From NCBI GenBank assembly GCA_964520615.1, contig CAZFNL010000120.1, positions 1-62,105 of the forward strand: 62,105 nt of DNA, read 5' to 3'. The notes under the pieces were generated by a model. It was given only the letters and a program-made list of their open reading frames with translations, was not told where the DNA came from and ran no database searches. Every line of letters starts with the position of its first letter. The stretch's first letter is position 1. Position numbers and translations under genes: made by a program. This DNA is from an uncultured Gammaproteobacteria bacterium. Its GTDB lineage: Bacteria > Patescibacteriota > Microgenomatia > 2-02-FULL-39-11. Below, piece by piece: positions 29,014 through 38,123 of the stretch.

Positions 29014-29871
29014 TTATTCTTCTTTTTTTATTACGCTATAACCAGCATAAATTATCAGAGCGCCACCTATAAGCGTAGAAAAAGTAGGAATCTCTCCAAA
29101 AAGCAAACCTGCATAGATAACTGCAGACAATGGTTCAAAGTAGGAAATGATCCCAGCATGCTGGGCTTTGACACTTTTAAGCCCTCCCAAGAATAATGAC
29201 ATAGATATGGTCGTCATAACAACTCCCATAATTATCAATAAGACAAATCTTGCTACTGTCATATGGTAAGAAACGAAAAATATCGTAGGAAGAAGAATTA
29301 AGGCGCTTATTAGCACTTGATAAAAATTTAATTTCATGCCGGAAAATTTTGTTCTCGCCAATTTTCCAAAAATAAAAGTGAGAGAAAACACAAAACCCGC
29401 AGACAGACCTAAAATTATGCCTTTCAAAGTATAATTTGAAAGGGCTATTTTTGTATTTGAAAAAATAAGGATCACACCCAGAAAAGCGATTAAAAGACTG
29501 ATTACAGTCACCTTCTCAAGCTTTTCATGAAAAATTGCCGGTGACAAAACAACTAAAAAAACAGGTGCAGTATAAAGGAGTATCTCAGCATTAGCAATCG
29601 TTGTCATGGACAACGCATAAAAAAATAAGACAGCAGTCAATGTGTTGAAAAACGCAATAGCTAAAACATTTTTGTCCTTAAAACCAGAAAGACTAATTTT
29701 TTCTTTTGTCAGCAGGAAATAAATATAAAGGGTAAACGCACCAAATAAAAAACGGAAAGCCAAGAGTACAGGAGCCGGCATATCTATCCACCTTTGAAAA
29801 ACTCCGTTAAATCCAAATATCAATCCGGATAATACCAACTGCATATAACCTTTAAGATGAGGGGATTTCAT
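29014..29871 (-). CDS. EamA/DMT-family transporter
   Basis: About 10 TM segments in two repeats; FEPLSA. Confidence 0.88.
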   Translation of the reverse strand: MKSPHLKGYMQLVLSGLIFGFNGVFQRWIDMPAPVLLAFRFLFGAFTLYIYFLLTKEKISLSGFKDKNVLAIAFFNTLTAVLFFYALSMTTIANAEILLYTAPVFLVVLSPAIFHEKLEKVTVISLLIAFLGVILIFSNTKIALSNYTLKGIILGLSAGFVFSLTFIFGKLARTKFSGMKLNFYQVLISALILLPTIFFVSYHMTVARFVLLIIMGVVMTTISMSLFLGGLKSVKAQHAGIISYFEPLSAVIYAGLLFGEIPTFSTLIGGALIIYAGYSVIKKEE

Positions 29872-31316
29872 GGGGACCTCAGCACCATTTCCAACCTTTC
29901 TTTCATTTCACCCTTATGAATTTTTTCCAATTCTTGAAGCGACTCAAAAAGCGGAGGGCCCACTGTTTTTCCTGTCACTACTACTCGTAATTCCATAAAC
30001 AAATCTTTTGGCTTAATATTTTTTTCCTTGGCTAAACTATTTATTTCCTTCTCAAAAACTGCCTTATCAGCTAGAATTTTATCCCCTATACTCATGAACA
30101 ACTTTATCCAATCAACATGTAGTTTTTTTTCGAAACCAGTCGGTTTTTCAAAGAAAAATGATGAAAGTTTGTCAAATTCTTTGAAAGTACTAATTCTCGG
30201 AGCAATAATTCCTGCAGTATCCTTTACAATTGAGCCAAATTCAGCATTTGAAGTATATCTGCTATATATTTTGACATAGCTTAGATACTTCTCTTTATCC
30301 CGAAGAGACATCTCTAGAATATATTTTTTATTCAGCCATTTTAATTTCTCGATGTCAAATACAGGAGCAGTAGTTTTGATATCCTCTAGCCTGAATTCTT
30401 TTATCATCTCCGAAATATCAAATTTATCCCGTCCCTCAAGCCCGCTTGCCGACGATGCAGGCATGGACCATCCCATAAGCGCTAAATAATTTAGAAGCGC
30501 TTCAGGCAGTATCCCCTCATCCTTATACCAGGATACCCAAACGGGGTTTTTTCTTTTAGAAAGCTTGCTTTTATCGGGATTGCGCAAGAGGGGTAAATGG
30601 GCAAATTTGGGCAATTCCCATCCGAAAGCCTTGTAAAGCAAAATGTGTTTGGGCGCAGAGGATATCCATTCCTCCCCTCTTATAATATGGGATATCTTCA
30701 TGAGATAATCATCAACCACCACCCCCAAATGATAAGTCGGATAACCGTCGGATTTTAGAAGCACCTGATCGTCTATCAGTTTATTTTCAAATGAAATTTT
30801 GCCTCTTATAATATCGTAGAATTGTATTTCTCCTTTATCAGGCACATTTAACCTGATTACATATTTTTCTTTTTCTGCTTTACTCGCAGCAATTTCCGCT
30901 GATAAATTCTTACAATGTCCGTCATACAATGTTGGTACACCCTTTTCCTGTTGGTTTTTCCTCATTTCGGCCAAACGTTCAGGTGTACAAAAACAGTAAT
31001 AAGCGTGACCTTTACTCACTAATTCTTTTGCCTTTTCCTGATATACGGAAAGGCGTTCAGATTGTCGGTAGGGTGCATACGGTCCGTTTTTATCCGGCCC
31101 CTCGTCATATTCTATCCCCAACCATTTTAATGACGAGAGAATTCTTTCCTCTGCCCCATTTACAAATCTTGTCCTGTCAGTGTCCTCTATCCGGACTATA
31201 AATTTACCATTATGCTTTTTGGCAAAGACATAATTTATGAGGGCCGTATAAGCATTGCCTATATGCAGATTTTCACCTGTTGGAGATGGAGCAATACGTG
31301 TACGTATATTTACCAT
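29868..31316 (-). CDS. gltX: Glutamate--tRNA ligase
   Basis: RIAPSPTG, HIGN, KLSKR; start MVNI at 31316. Confidence 0.96.
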   Translation of the reverse strand: MVNIRTRIAPSPTGENLHIGNAYTALINYVFAKKHNGKFIVRIEDTDRTRFVNGAEERILSSLKWLGIEYDEGPDKNGPYAPYRQSERLSVYQEKAKELVSKGHAYYCFCTPERLAEMRKNQQEKGVPTLYDGHCKNLSAEIAASKAEKEKYVIRLNVPDKGEIQFYDIIRGKISFENKLIDDQVLLKSDGYPTYHLGVVVDDYLMKISHIIRGEEWISSAPKHILLYKAFGWELPKFAHLPLLRNPDKSKLSKRKNPVWVSWYKDEGILPEALLNYLALMGWSMPASSASGLEGRDKFDISEMIKEFRLEDIKTTAPVFDIEKLKWLNKKYILEMSLRDKEKYLSYVKIYSRYTSNAEFGSIVKDTAGIIAPRISTFKEFDKLSSFFFEKPTGFEKKLHVDWIKLFMSIGDKILADKAVFEKEINSLAKEKNIKPKDLFMELRVVVTGKTVGPPLFESLQELEKIHKGEMKERLEMVLRSP

Positions 31317-31359
31317 GAGTTGATTATATCCTATAAGGTCATTTATACTCAATTTATAT

Positions 31360-32418
31360 ATGAATCTTACTGAGATCTCAATTGCCACCAGAAAGTTTTT
31401 GTTTTGGCTGGTAATAGTTTTCATTTGTTACCTGATACTCAAGATATTTGTCGGAGTGGGCGTGCAATACTGGAAAGCCACTCACCCCATACCTATCCCT
31501 CCTCCTGACGTCAAATACGGCAAAATTCCATCTCCTGCCTTTACTCATGTATCTACATCCTCATCGGGAATGAAATTTTCTCTGGAAACAGTTGAGGGAG
31601 GACCACCGGAAACCACATCCGCCGGAAAAGTATATCTCATGCCCAAAAAACTCCCTTCACTTTTAGCTGCCGACAGAGCAAAAAGTTTTGCCACAAAACT
31701 TGGATTTACCAACGATCCACAACTTATCACACCTACAAATTATCTGTTTACAGATCCGGGAGACAACCTCAGAACGTTGAGCCTTGATATAAACACTATG
31801 AATTTTCTCCTGAAATATGATTATCAGAATAATTCTGATATCTTTGTTAAAGGAGGGATTATAAGTAAAGATGACGCGTTTAATGAGGTGAAAACTTTTA
31901 TACAGCTGAATAACATATTTGACGACAGCATACTAAAGGGTAAAATCACTTATGAATTACTCTCATATAATACGCAAACAAAAACCTTTTTCCCTGCATC
32001 GAGCCTGTCGGATGCAAATGCTCTCAGGATAAATTTTTTCAGAAACGACCTGGACGGAATGAGAATCCTTCCTCCTCAATTTAATGAAAGTTATAACCAT
32101 GTCCTTTTTAATGCCGGAACCACGCCGAATACCAGAATTTTAGAAATGTCTTACTCTTTCTGGCCCATATCCTTTGATGATTTCGGAACATATCCTCTCA
32201 AAAGCGGTTCGGCAGCTTGGAAAGACCTTACTGACGGATATGCACTAGTAGTGGAAATGGGTAACAACAGTCCTGAAAATATTATAATAAGAAAAATATA
32301 TCTGGCTTATTATGATAGTGACCAACCACAGTCATATCTTCAGCCGATCTTCGTCTTTGAGGGTGACAACGGTTTTGTAGCTTATGAACCTGCAATTACT
32401 TCTAACTGGCTGGAATAA
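31360..32418 (+). CDS. Conserved hypothetical membrane-anchored protein
   Basis: N-term TM; C-term IYLAYYDS..YLQPIFVF. Confidence 0.7.
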   Translation: MNLTEISIATRKFLFWLVIVFICYLILKIFVGVGVQYWKATHPIPIPPPDVKYGKIPSPAFTHVSTSSSGMKFSLETVEGGPPETTSAGKVYLMPKKLPSLLAADRAKSFATKLGFTNDPQLITPTNYLFTDPGDNLRTLSLDINTMNFLLKYDYQNNSDIFVKGGIISKDDAFNEVKTFIQLNNIFDDSILKGKITYELLSYNTQTKTFFPASSLSDANALRINFFRNDLDGMRILPPQFNESYNHVLFNAGTTPNTRILEMSYSFWPISFDDFGTYPLKSGSAAWKDLTDGYALVVEMGNNSPENIIIRKIYLAYYDSDQPQSYLQPIFVFEGDNGFVAYEPAITSNWLE

Positions 32419-32454
32419 TTTCTTCTTTTACAAACGATTTTCCACACATTTCTC

Positions 32455-33423
32455 TTAAGGTGAACCGGTCGGAACTACTGATTCTATATTTCTCCACTCG
32501 AAATTGTTAAAAATCCAATTTATCAGTTGAGTCGTCTCACCAAACCTATCGTCACTTTTTAATATAACAAAGAGTACCGATTGCCCATTCTTTTTTACCT
32601 CAGAAACCAATATTTCACCTGCATTTTGCGTATAACCTGTTTTTACCCCTGCCACACCCTGAATTTTCCCCAATAATTGATTTACGTTTGTCAATGAATG
32701 GAAATAGGTATAAGTCACATCTGAAACGGTAATATTTTTGATACCGATAATTTTGGTAAATGTTTTATTGTGAAGAGCTGCCATAGCCAACTTTGCCAAA
32801 TCGGAAGGAGTTGTGTAATTTGGGGGATCGTCAAAACCAATGGGATTGGCAAAATGAGTATGGGAAAGATGAAGTTCCTCAGCTTTTTTATTCATCATGT
32901 CTACGAAATTAGATACCCCTCCAGGATAATTTTCCGCAAGAGTATAGGCGGCATCGTTACCTGACTCAACAAGCGCTCCATAAAGAAGTGATTCAACAGT
33001 AATCTGTTCACCATGTACCAAACCCATTACGCTGCCATCCGTTATAACTGTATTCACTTTCAAAACGTCATCCAGATGGTAATGATCAAGAGCAACTAAA
33101 ACTGTTGCTATTTTTGTAGTAGATGCTGGAAGAAACTCTTCGTCTGGATTTTTCTGGTAAAGCACAACTCTTGAGGGTATATCCACAATATACACCCCTT
33201 GAGCCGTCACTGTTGGGGGTATAGGATTGCCCACCATTACCGGATAGGCTGGAGGAGAAGGCAATTTTATAGTTTGCGGCAAGTAGAATCCTCCTGTCTC
33301 AGCAACAGTCTGAAAATAAATATTTGGTGCAGGAAAAAGAAACAGAATTAAAGTAAAAAGAGCAAAATATGTTACCCGCCAAAAATTTTTTTTAGGGGAT
33401 TTTTTCCTAAAAACTTTTGTCAT
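32455..33423 (-). CDS. dacA: D-Ala-D-Ala carboxypeptidase (peptidase S11)
   Basis: ASTTK, SGN, KTG. Confidence 0.92.
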   Translation of the reverse strand: MTKVFRKKSPKKNFWRVTYFALFTLILFLFPAPNIYFQTVAETGGFYLPQTIKLPSPPAYPVMVGNPIPPTVTAQGVYIVDIPSRVVLYQKNPDEEFLPASTTKIATVLVALDHYHLDDVLKVNTVITDGSVMGLVHGEQITVESLLYGALVESGNDAAYTLAENYPGGVSNFVDMMNKKAEELHLSHTHFANPIGFDDPPNYTTPSDLAKLAMAALHNKTFTKIIGIKNITVSDVTYTYFHSLTNVNQLLGKIQGVAGVKTGYTQNAGEILVSEVKKNGQSVLFVILKSDDRFGETTQLINWIFNNFEWRNIESVVPTGSP

Positions 33424-33491
33424 TTATGAAGGAAAAAACGTTAATACCTTAAACTATCACAAGATTATCTTTAAAGTCATCAACTTGATTA

Positions 33492-34868
33492 TTATTTTTC
33501 ACCTTTGCGAAGAGATAATCCTAATTCCCTAAGTTGAGTAGGGCTAACTGGAGACGGGGCTTCCATAACAGACGTCCTTCCGCCTGAAGTCATCGGAAAA
33601 GCTACTACTTCACGCAAATACTGCTCGCCGGTCAAAATCATCATAAGACGGTCAACACCAAAAGCGCACCCTCCATGGGGAGGAGTCCCGTAGCTGAAAG
33701 CCGTCAGCATATGTCCAAACTTTTGCTTTATATCTTCTTTTTTATAACCCATGACTTCAAAAACGGATTCTAATATTTGTGGATCGTGAGATCTTATACT
33801 ACCGCCTCCCACTTCAAAACCGTTACAAACAAGGTCGTATTGGCTGGTTAGAATTCCTTCTATATTTTTCTTCTGCAATAAATCATTTACATTCTCTGGC
33901 ATAGGATTTGAAAACGGATTATGAGTAAATGTCCATTTGTCCTCTTTATCCTTTTCAAAAAAAGGAAAATCAATCACCCAAGCAAAAGCTTTGACACCTT
34001 CTTTATTTTCTTCATCTGTTCTCAAATCAAATTTGTCAGACTTAAATTTTTCCATCGCTTCTTTATATGTAAATACCGGAAAAGGTTTCTTCTTTATCTT
34101 CTGTCCCATTTTTTCCATCACTTCTGTAATCATTTTTTCCAGCATATCCATCACGTCTTCTCTTTCCACAAAACTCATCTCAATATCAATCTGCGTATGC
34201 TCAAACCCTCGGTCGGCACGCAAATCCTCATCCCTCATACATCTGGCTATCTGGAAATATCTCTCCATCCCTGCAACCATCAGAAGCTGCTTATATTGTT
34301 GTGGAGATTGGGGTAAGGCATAAAAATTGCCAGGCTGAAGCCTAGATGGAACAAGGAAATCTCTTGATCCTTCAGGTGTTGACTGCGACAAAAGAGGAGT
34401 CTCAATCTCTAAAAAGTTATTTGAGAATAGGAAATTTCTTATGTTTTGGACAAATTGTGAGCGCAGTCTTATATTCCTATTCAATCTTTTCCGTCTCAAA
34501 TCCAAATATCTATACTTCAGTCTTACCTCCTCGTTGATATCATAACCATCACCATCAATAGGAAAAGGTAACTCACGTGATCTGGATAAAACTTCAATAG
34601 ATTTTATCTCTATCTCAATTTTCCCCGTTTCTATATTTGGGTTAACCATCTTTTCAGGACGCGCCTTGATTAATCCTGCAATTCTTACCACACTTTCTGC
34701 TGACACTTTAGCCAGTCCTTTAGCGTCTACTGTCTGTACTGTACCCGTACTATCTCTCAAATCGATAAAAGTGATCTTACCGTGATCTCTCACGGCATTT
34801 ACCCAGCCGTACAAAGTCACTTCTTCACCAACTTTGCCGACCGTATCTTTTATAAGTACCCTCAACAT
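33492..34868 (-). CDS. aspS: Aspartate--tRNA ligase, short form lacking GAD insertion (probably non-discriminating)
   Basis: RDHGK, RLKYRYLDLRR, TPEGSRDF, LPQSPQ, DEDLRADR, GTPPHGG; only 458 aa. Confidence 0.93.
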   Translation of the reverse strand: MLRVLIKDTVGKVGEEVTLYGWVNAVRDHGKITFIDLRDSTGTVQTVDAKGLAKVSAESVVRIAGLIKARPEKMVNPNIETGKIEIEIKSIEVLSRSRELPFPIDGDGYDINEEVRLKYRYLDLRRKRLNRNIRLRSQFVQNIRNFLFSNNFLEIETPLLSQSTPEGSRDFLVPSRLQPGNFYALPQSPQQYKQLLMVAGMERYFQIARCMRDEDLRADRGFEHTQIDIEMSFVEREDVMDMLEKMITEVMEKMGQKIKKKPFPVFTYKEAMEKFKSDKFDLRTDEENKEGVKAFAWVIDFPFFEKDKEDKWTFTHNPFSNPMPENVNDLLQKKNIEGILTSQYDLVCNGFEVGGGSIRSHDPQILESVFEVMGYKKEDIKQKFGHMLTAFSYGTPPHGGCAFGVDRLMMILTGEQYLREVVAFPMTSGGRTSVMEAPSPVSPTQLRELGLSLRKGEK

Positions 34869-34942
34869 AAAAATAAATATTTGATTAAAAGGACCACTAG
34901 TACTAAAACCTGATAAATAGATATTTTGAAATTAGAGAAAGT

Positions 34943-36139
34943 TTAACGGTTGTATTTTTTGATTGCCAAACCCAATAACTCTATTGCCCTTTCAAGCTTC
35001 TTTTCCTCTAGTACATAGGCAATTCTGATCTCGCTACTACCCAACCCCGGTGTAGCATAGAAACCAGTCGCTGGAGCCACCATAACCGTCTCTTTCTTAT
35101 CAGAAAAATCACTTAGAAGGTATGACGCAAAGTCATCACTGTCTTTTATCGGAAGCTTAGGAATTATATAAAAAGCTCCTTCGGGCGCAACCGCTGTCAC
35201 ACCTGGAATTCTTTTCAGCTCACGCACCACTGTATCCCTTCTGCTCTCATAAAGTTTCCTTATCTTGGCGACATAAGGCTTATGATTTAACAGCATAGGA
35301 ATAAGAGCCATCTGTTCAACTGTAGCTACAGACAATCTTCCCTGTGCAAACCTTAAAATTGACTGCATTATTTCCTTATTCTTACTCACTACACAACCTA
35401 TCCTCACTCCGCAACTATTAAAACGTTTGGAAACGCTATCCGTCACAACCAACTGGTTTGCAAGTTTGGGAAATGAGGCAAACGGCAAGACTTTTTTCCC
35501 GTCAAAGACTAACTCCTGATAGGTTTCGTCAGAGATGATAAAAAGATTGTGTTTCAAGGCCAACTCTACAATCATTTTCACTTCGGCATCCGTATAGAGA
35601 GTACCGGTAGGATTATTTGGATTGCACACTACAATCCCTTTAGTTCTTACGGTAATTGCTTTCTCAATTACTGCTTTAGGCGGAAGATGGAAACCATCCT
35701 CCACTTTTGTCCTGACTGCTTTTAATTTGATATTGCCCATTGCAGCAATTATTGCGTAGCTTGTATAAAAGGGCTCAAAGACTATTAACTCATCTCCGGG
35801 ATCTGCCACTGTAAGAAAAGCAAAAATCAGACCTTCCGAACCTCCGCTTGTTACCAATATATCAGAGGCATCAAATTTTATTCCCTTATCACTATAAAAC
35901 TTTTTCCATGCCTCCATAGTCTCATATACACCAGTTGATGGAGCATATTCTATAGTAGATTCCTTAAAATGCCTTATGGCCGAAAGTATTGGATCAGGGG
36001 TTGGCAAATCAGGTTGGCCTATATTCACATGGTAAACCTTGATTCCCCTTTTTTTGGCTGCATCAGCCAAAGGCACCAGTTTTCTTATGGCAGAAGCGGG
36101 CGTATTTGCTGCCCTTTTTGAGACAGAAACTTTTTTCAT
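34943..36139 (-). CDS. PLP-dependent class I/II aminotransferase (aspartate aminotransferase-like)
   Basis: NIGQPD, CNPNNPTG, SDETY, SVSKRFNSCGVRIG; start MKKV at 36139. Confidence 0.9.
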   Translation of the reverse strand: MKKVSVSKRAANTPASAIRKLVPLADAAKKRGIKVYHVNIGQPDLPTPDPILSAIRHFKESTIEYAPSTGVYETMEAWKKFYSDKGIKFDASDILVTSGGSEGLIFAFLTVADPGDELIVFEPFYTSYAIIAAMGNIKLKAVRTKVEDGFHLPPKAVIEKAITVRTKGIVVCNPNNPTGTLYTDAEVKMIVELALKHNLFIISDETYQELVFDGKKVLPFASFPKLANQLVVTDSVSKRFNSCGVRIGCVVSKNKEIMQSILRFAQGRLSVATVEQMALIPMLLNHKPYVAKIRKLYESRRDTVVRELKRIPGVTAVAPEGAFYIIPKLPIKDSDDFASYLLSDFSDKKETVMVAPATGFYATPGLGSSEIRIAYVLEEKKLERAIELLGLAIKKYNR

Positions 36140-36233
36140 ATTTATTCCTCCTTTTATTTTATAAAAAGCAGGTCCTTGATAATCTCTACCAATTATATAC
36201 GAAACTACTCCTACACCCAAGCCATCATTTATC

Positions 36234-37748
36234 TCAACCCAAACTTTGCCTCAATAAACCACCGTAAGTAATCAGTTTTGAAACATCCTTACCTTCCACA
36301 ACCTTCTTATAAATTTTTTCCACAAGATTGTAATGCTCTAGATGTGTGGAATTACCAGGGCCAAGTACTATTCCTAATTCTTTTTCGATCTCCTTAGTAT
36401 CTTCTTCTACGTCATACCAGAAGGAATTGCGCTTTGCAAGACGGGATAAATTCTGCCTATTCAGGAAATTACCCGCATGAAGCAAATCTTCTTTAATATG
36501 AATATAATACTGTGAAGATTTTTCCCATAAGCCTTTTTTCTTTGCCTCTTTTATACCTCTCCCTGTCCCTATCAATTCAGGAGGCACACCCAATGAATAT
36601 AAGGATGCGGTAAACGGAATAGCCCTCGGCAAACTGACATGACCCACACCTCTTGAGTATCCGAAAAGTCCTATATGAAGCATCCTTTCTCTTCTTTTGG
36701 CTACTTGCCTGCTTAAAGCATTTATCATTCCTGCTGCCTGTTCTATCGAACTCCTATAGGGCTTCTCAAAAAGAGGAATGGTTCTTTGTATGATATCTAC
36801 ACTTGTTTTGTCCAGTCGTTTTGCTTTTCTATGATGGAGCTCATTATTTAGCCTCTCAATGGCAAGTTTCACATCGTGTTTGGGATAGTCGTATCTGAAA
36901 GCGCTTTGTATGGTCAACGTGCGTACTCCGGCATATTCAGACAATGCAATGTCCAACCTGTCAGGACTAAGTCCACCTCTAAAAGGCAACGAACCTGTTC
37001 CCAACATAGGAAAAAACCTTACATCAGTATCTTCCTCCAGCTTCAAGTAGGAGGATAATGCTACTTTTAGGGATAATATCGTCGGGATAAGCCCCGAGTT
37101 TAGTGCCGGGTCGCTCCTTGCACAATAAGGCCTTATATATTTGGGTTTGTACCCAAACATCTTTTTGTGTAATGCAATATATTTTTTCAGAATTCCGGCA
37201 GATCCGGCAATCTTACCCACTTGTTCAAAAAGAGGTATTATTTCCAAATATTGCAATGAGTCCTTCATATTCAAAAGCCTGTGATTTACACTGATCAAGT
37301 CTTTGAAGGCTTCCTGAATCTCTGCGATTTCTTCTGCGGTTTCCGTCAGAGGAAGAATTGTTTCAAAAATTGGTGGTGAAGAAAAACCCAGACTCCTAGC
37401 AAGCTGGCTGCTTGTAATAATTACCATAAAAGCCCTAGCCAACCTGAATTGCTTTTCCACTCTGGGATTTGGAATCCTGAAAGTAAGAAGCTTATCTTTC
37501 CCTATCGGATGTTTTTGGAAGTAATTGAAATAACGGTGCAAAAGTTTATCTATGACCGCCTCATCCACAAACTTCCCTTCCCAATCCCAATTATACTCAT
37601 CTATAGAAAGATCAGAAAAATTCAGGTAACTTTCTTTTATCTCAGCGCTTGTTGAGATGAAAGGTCTTGGATTCCAGTAAGGCCTGGCAGCATTGTCCGG
37701 ATGCTGCGTGGCCATGCAAGCTGAGATTTTACGGTTTATAGTGGTCAT
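36234..37748 (-). CDS. ppcA: Archaeal-type phosphoenolpyruvate carboxylase
   Basis: MATQHPDNA, WDWEGK, ARSDPALNSG, GSLPFRGG, PRAIPFTAS; 504 aa. Confidence 0.92.
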   Translation of the reverse strand: MTTINRKISACMATQHPDNAARPYWNPRPFISTSAEIKESYLNFSDLSIDEYNWDWEGKFVDEAVIDKLLHRYFNYFQKHPIGKDKLLTFRIPNPRVEKQFRLARAFMVIITSSQLARSLGFSSPPIFETILPLTETAEEIAEIQEAFKDLISVNHRLLNMKDSLQYLEIIPLFEQVGKIAGSAGILKKYIALHKKMFGYKPKYIRPYCARSDPALNSGLIPTILSLKVALSSYLKLEEDTDVRFFPMLGTGSLPFRGGLSPDRLDIALSEYAGVRTLTIQSAFRYDYPKHDVKLAIERLNNELHHRKAKRLDKTSVDIIQRTIPLFEKPYRSSIEQAAGMINALSRQVAKRRERMLHIGLFGYSRGVGHVSLPRAIPFTASLYSLGVPPELIGTGRGIKEAKKKGLWEKSSQYYIHIKEDLLHAGNFLNRQNLSRLAKRNSFWYDVEEDTKEIEKELGIVLGPGNSTHLEHYNLVEKIYKKVVEGKDVSKLITYGGLLRQSLG

Positions 37749-37804
37749 ATTAATATTGATTCCAAACCTTCTGAATATTGTGTAACCATATCGTCTAAGA
37801 TTTT

Positions 37805-38120
37805 ACCCAAAAAAAATCCCACCTTTTTCTAAGGGTGAGACTATCACGGTACCACCTTATTTTGGTTATGAGTGATGTTTAGCGGGTGATGGGTTTTTAA
37901 TGATCATATTTCGTAACCCACAACTCACAACTTATCCCGCCTCAGCGGGATCCATAATGCTTTAAGACTCAATAATTTTTCAACAGCATCGGGACATACC
38001 CACAACTACTTATTCCAGCTATCACGGGCATACCCGGCAAGGATCTAATTTCCGACTATGTGGATTTCTTCCTGCAGCTTGTTAGAAAAATCTAACTATG
38101 GCGTGTCGTCGCCATTGTAG
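37805..38120 (-). ncRNA. T-box riboswitch (tRNA specificity not resolved)
   Basis: Antiterminator AAGG-UGGUACC-GUGA...UCAC-CCUU at 37831-37858 overlapping a terminator with U-tract (37809-37840); GCCCGUGAUA stem II-like motif at 38020-38029; 5' boundary uncertain. Confidence 0.8.
37934..37951. repeat. REP-like palindrome inside the T-box leader
   Basis: ATCCCGC-ctca-GCGGGAT. Confidence 0.65.
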
Positions 38121-38123
38121 CTT

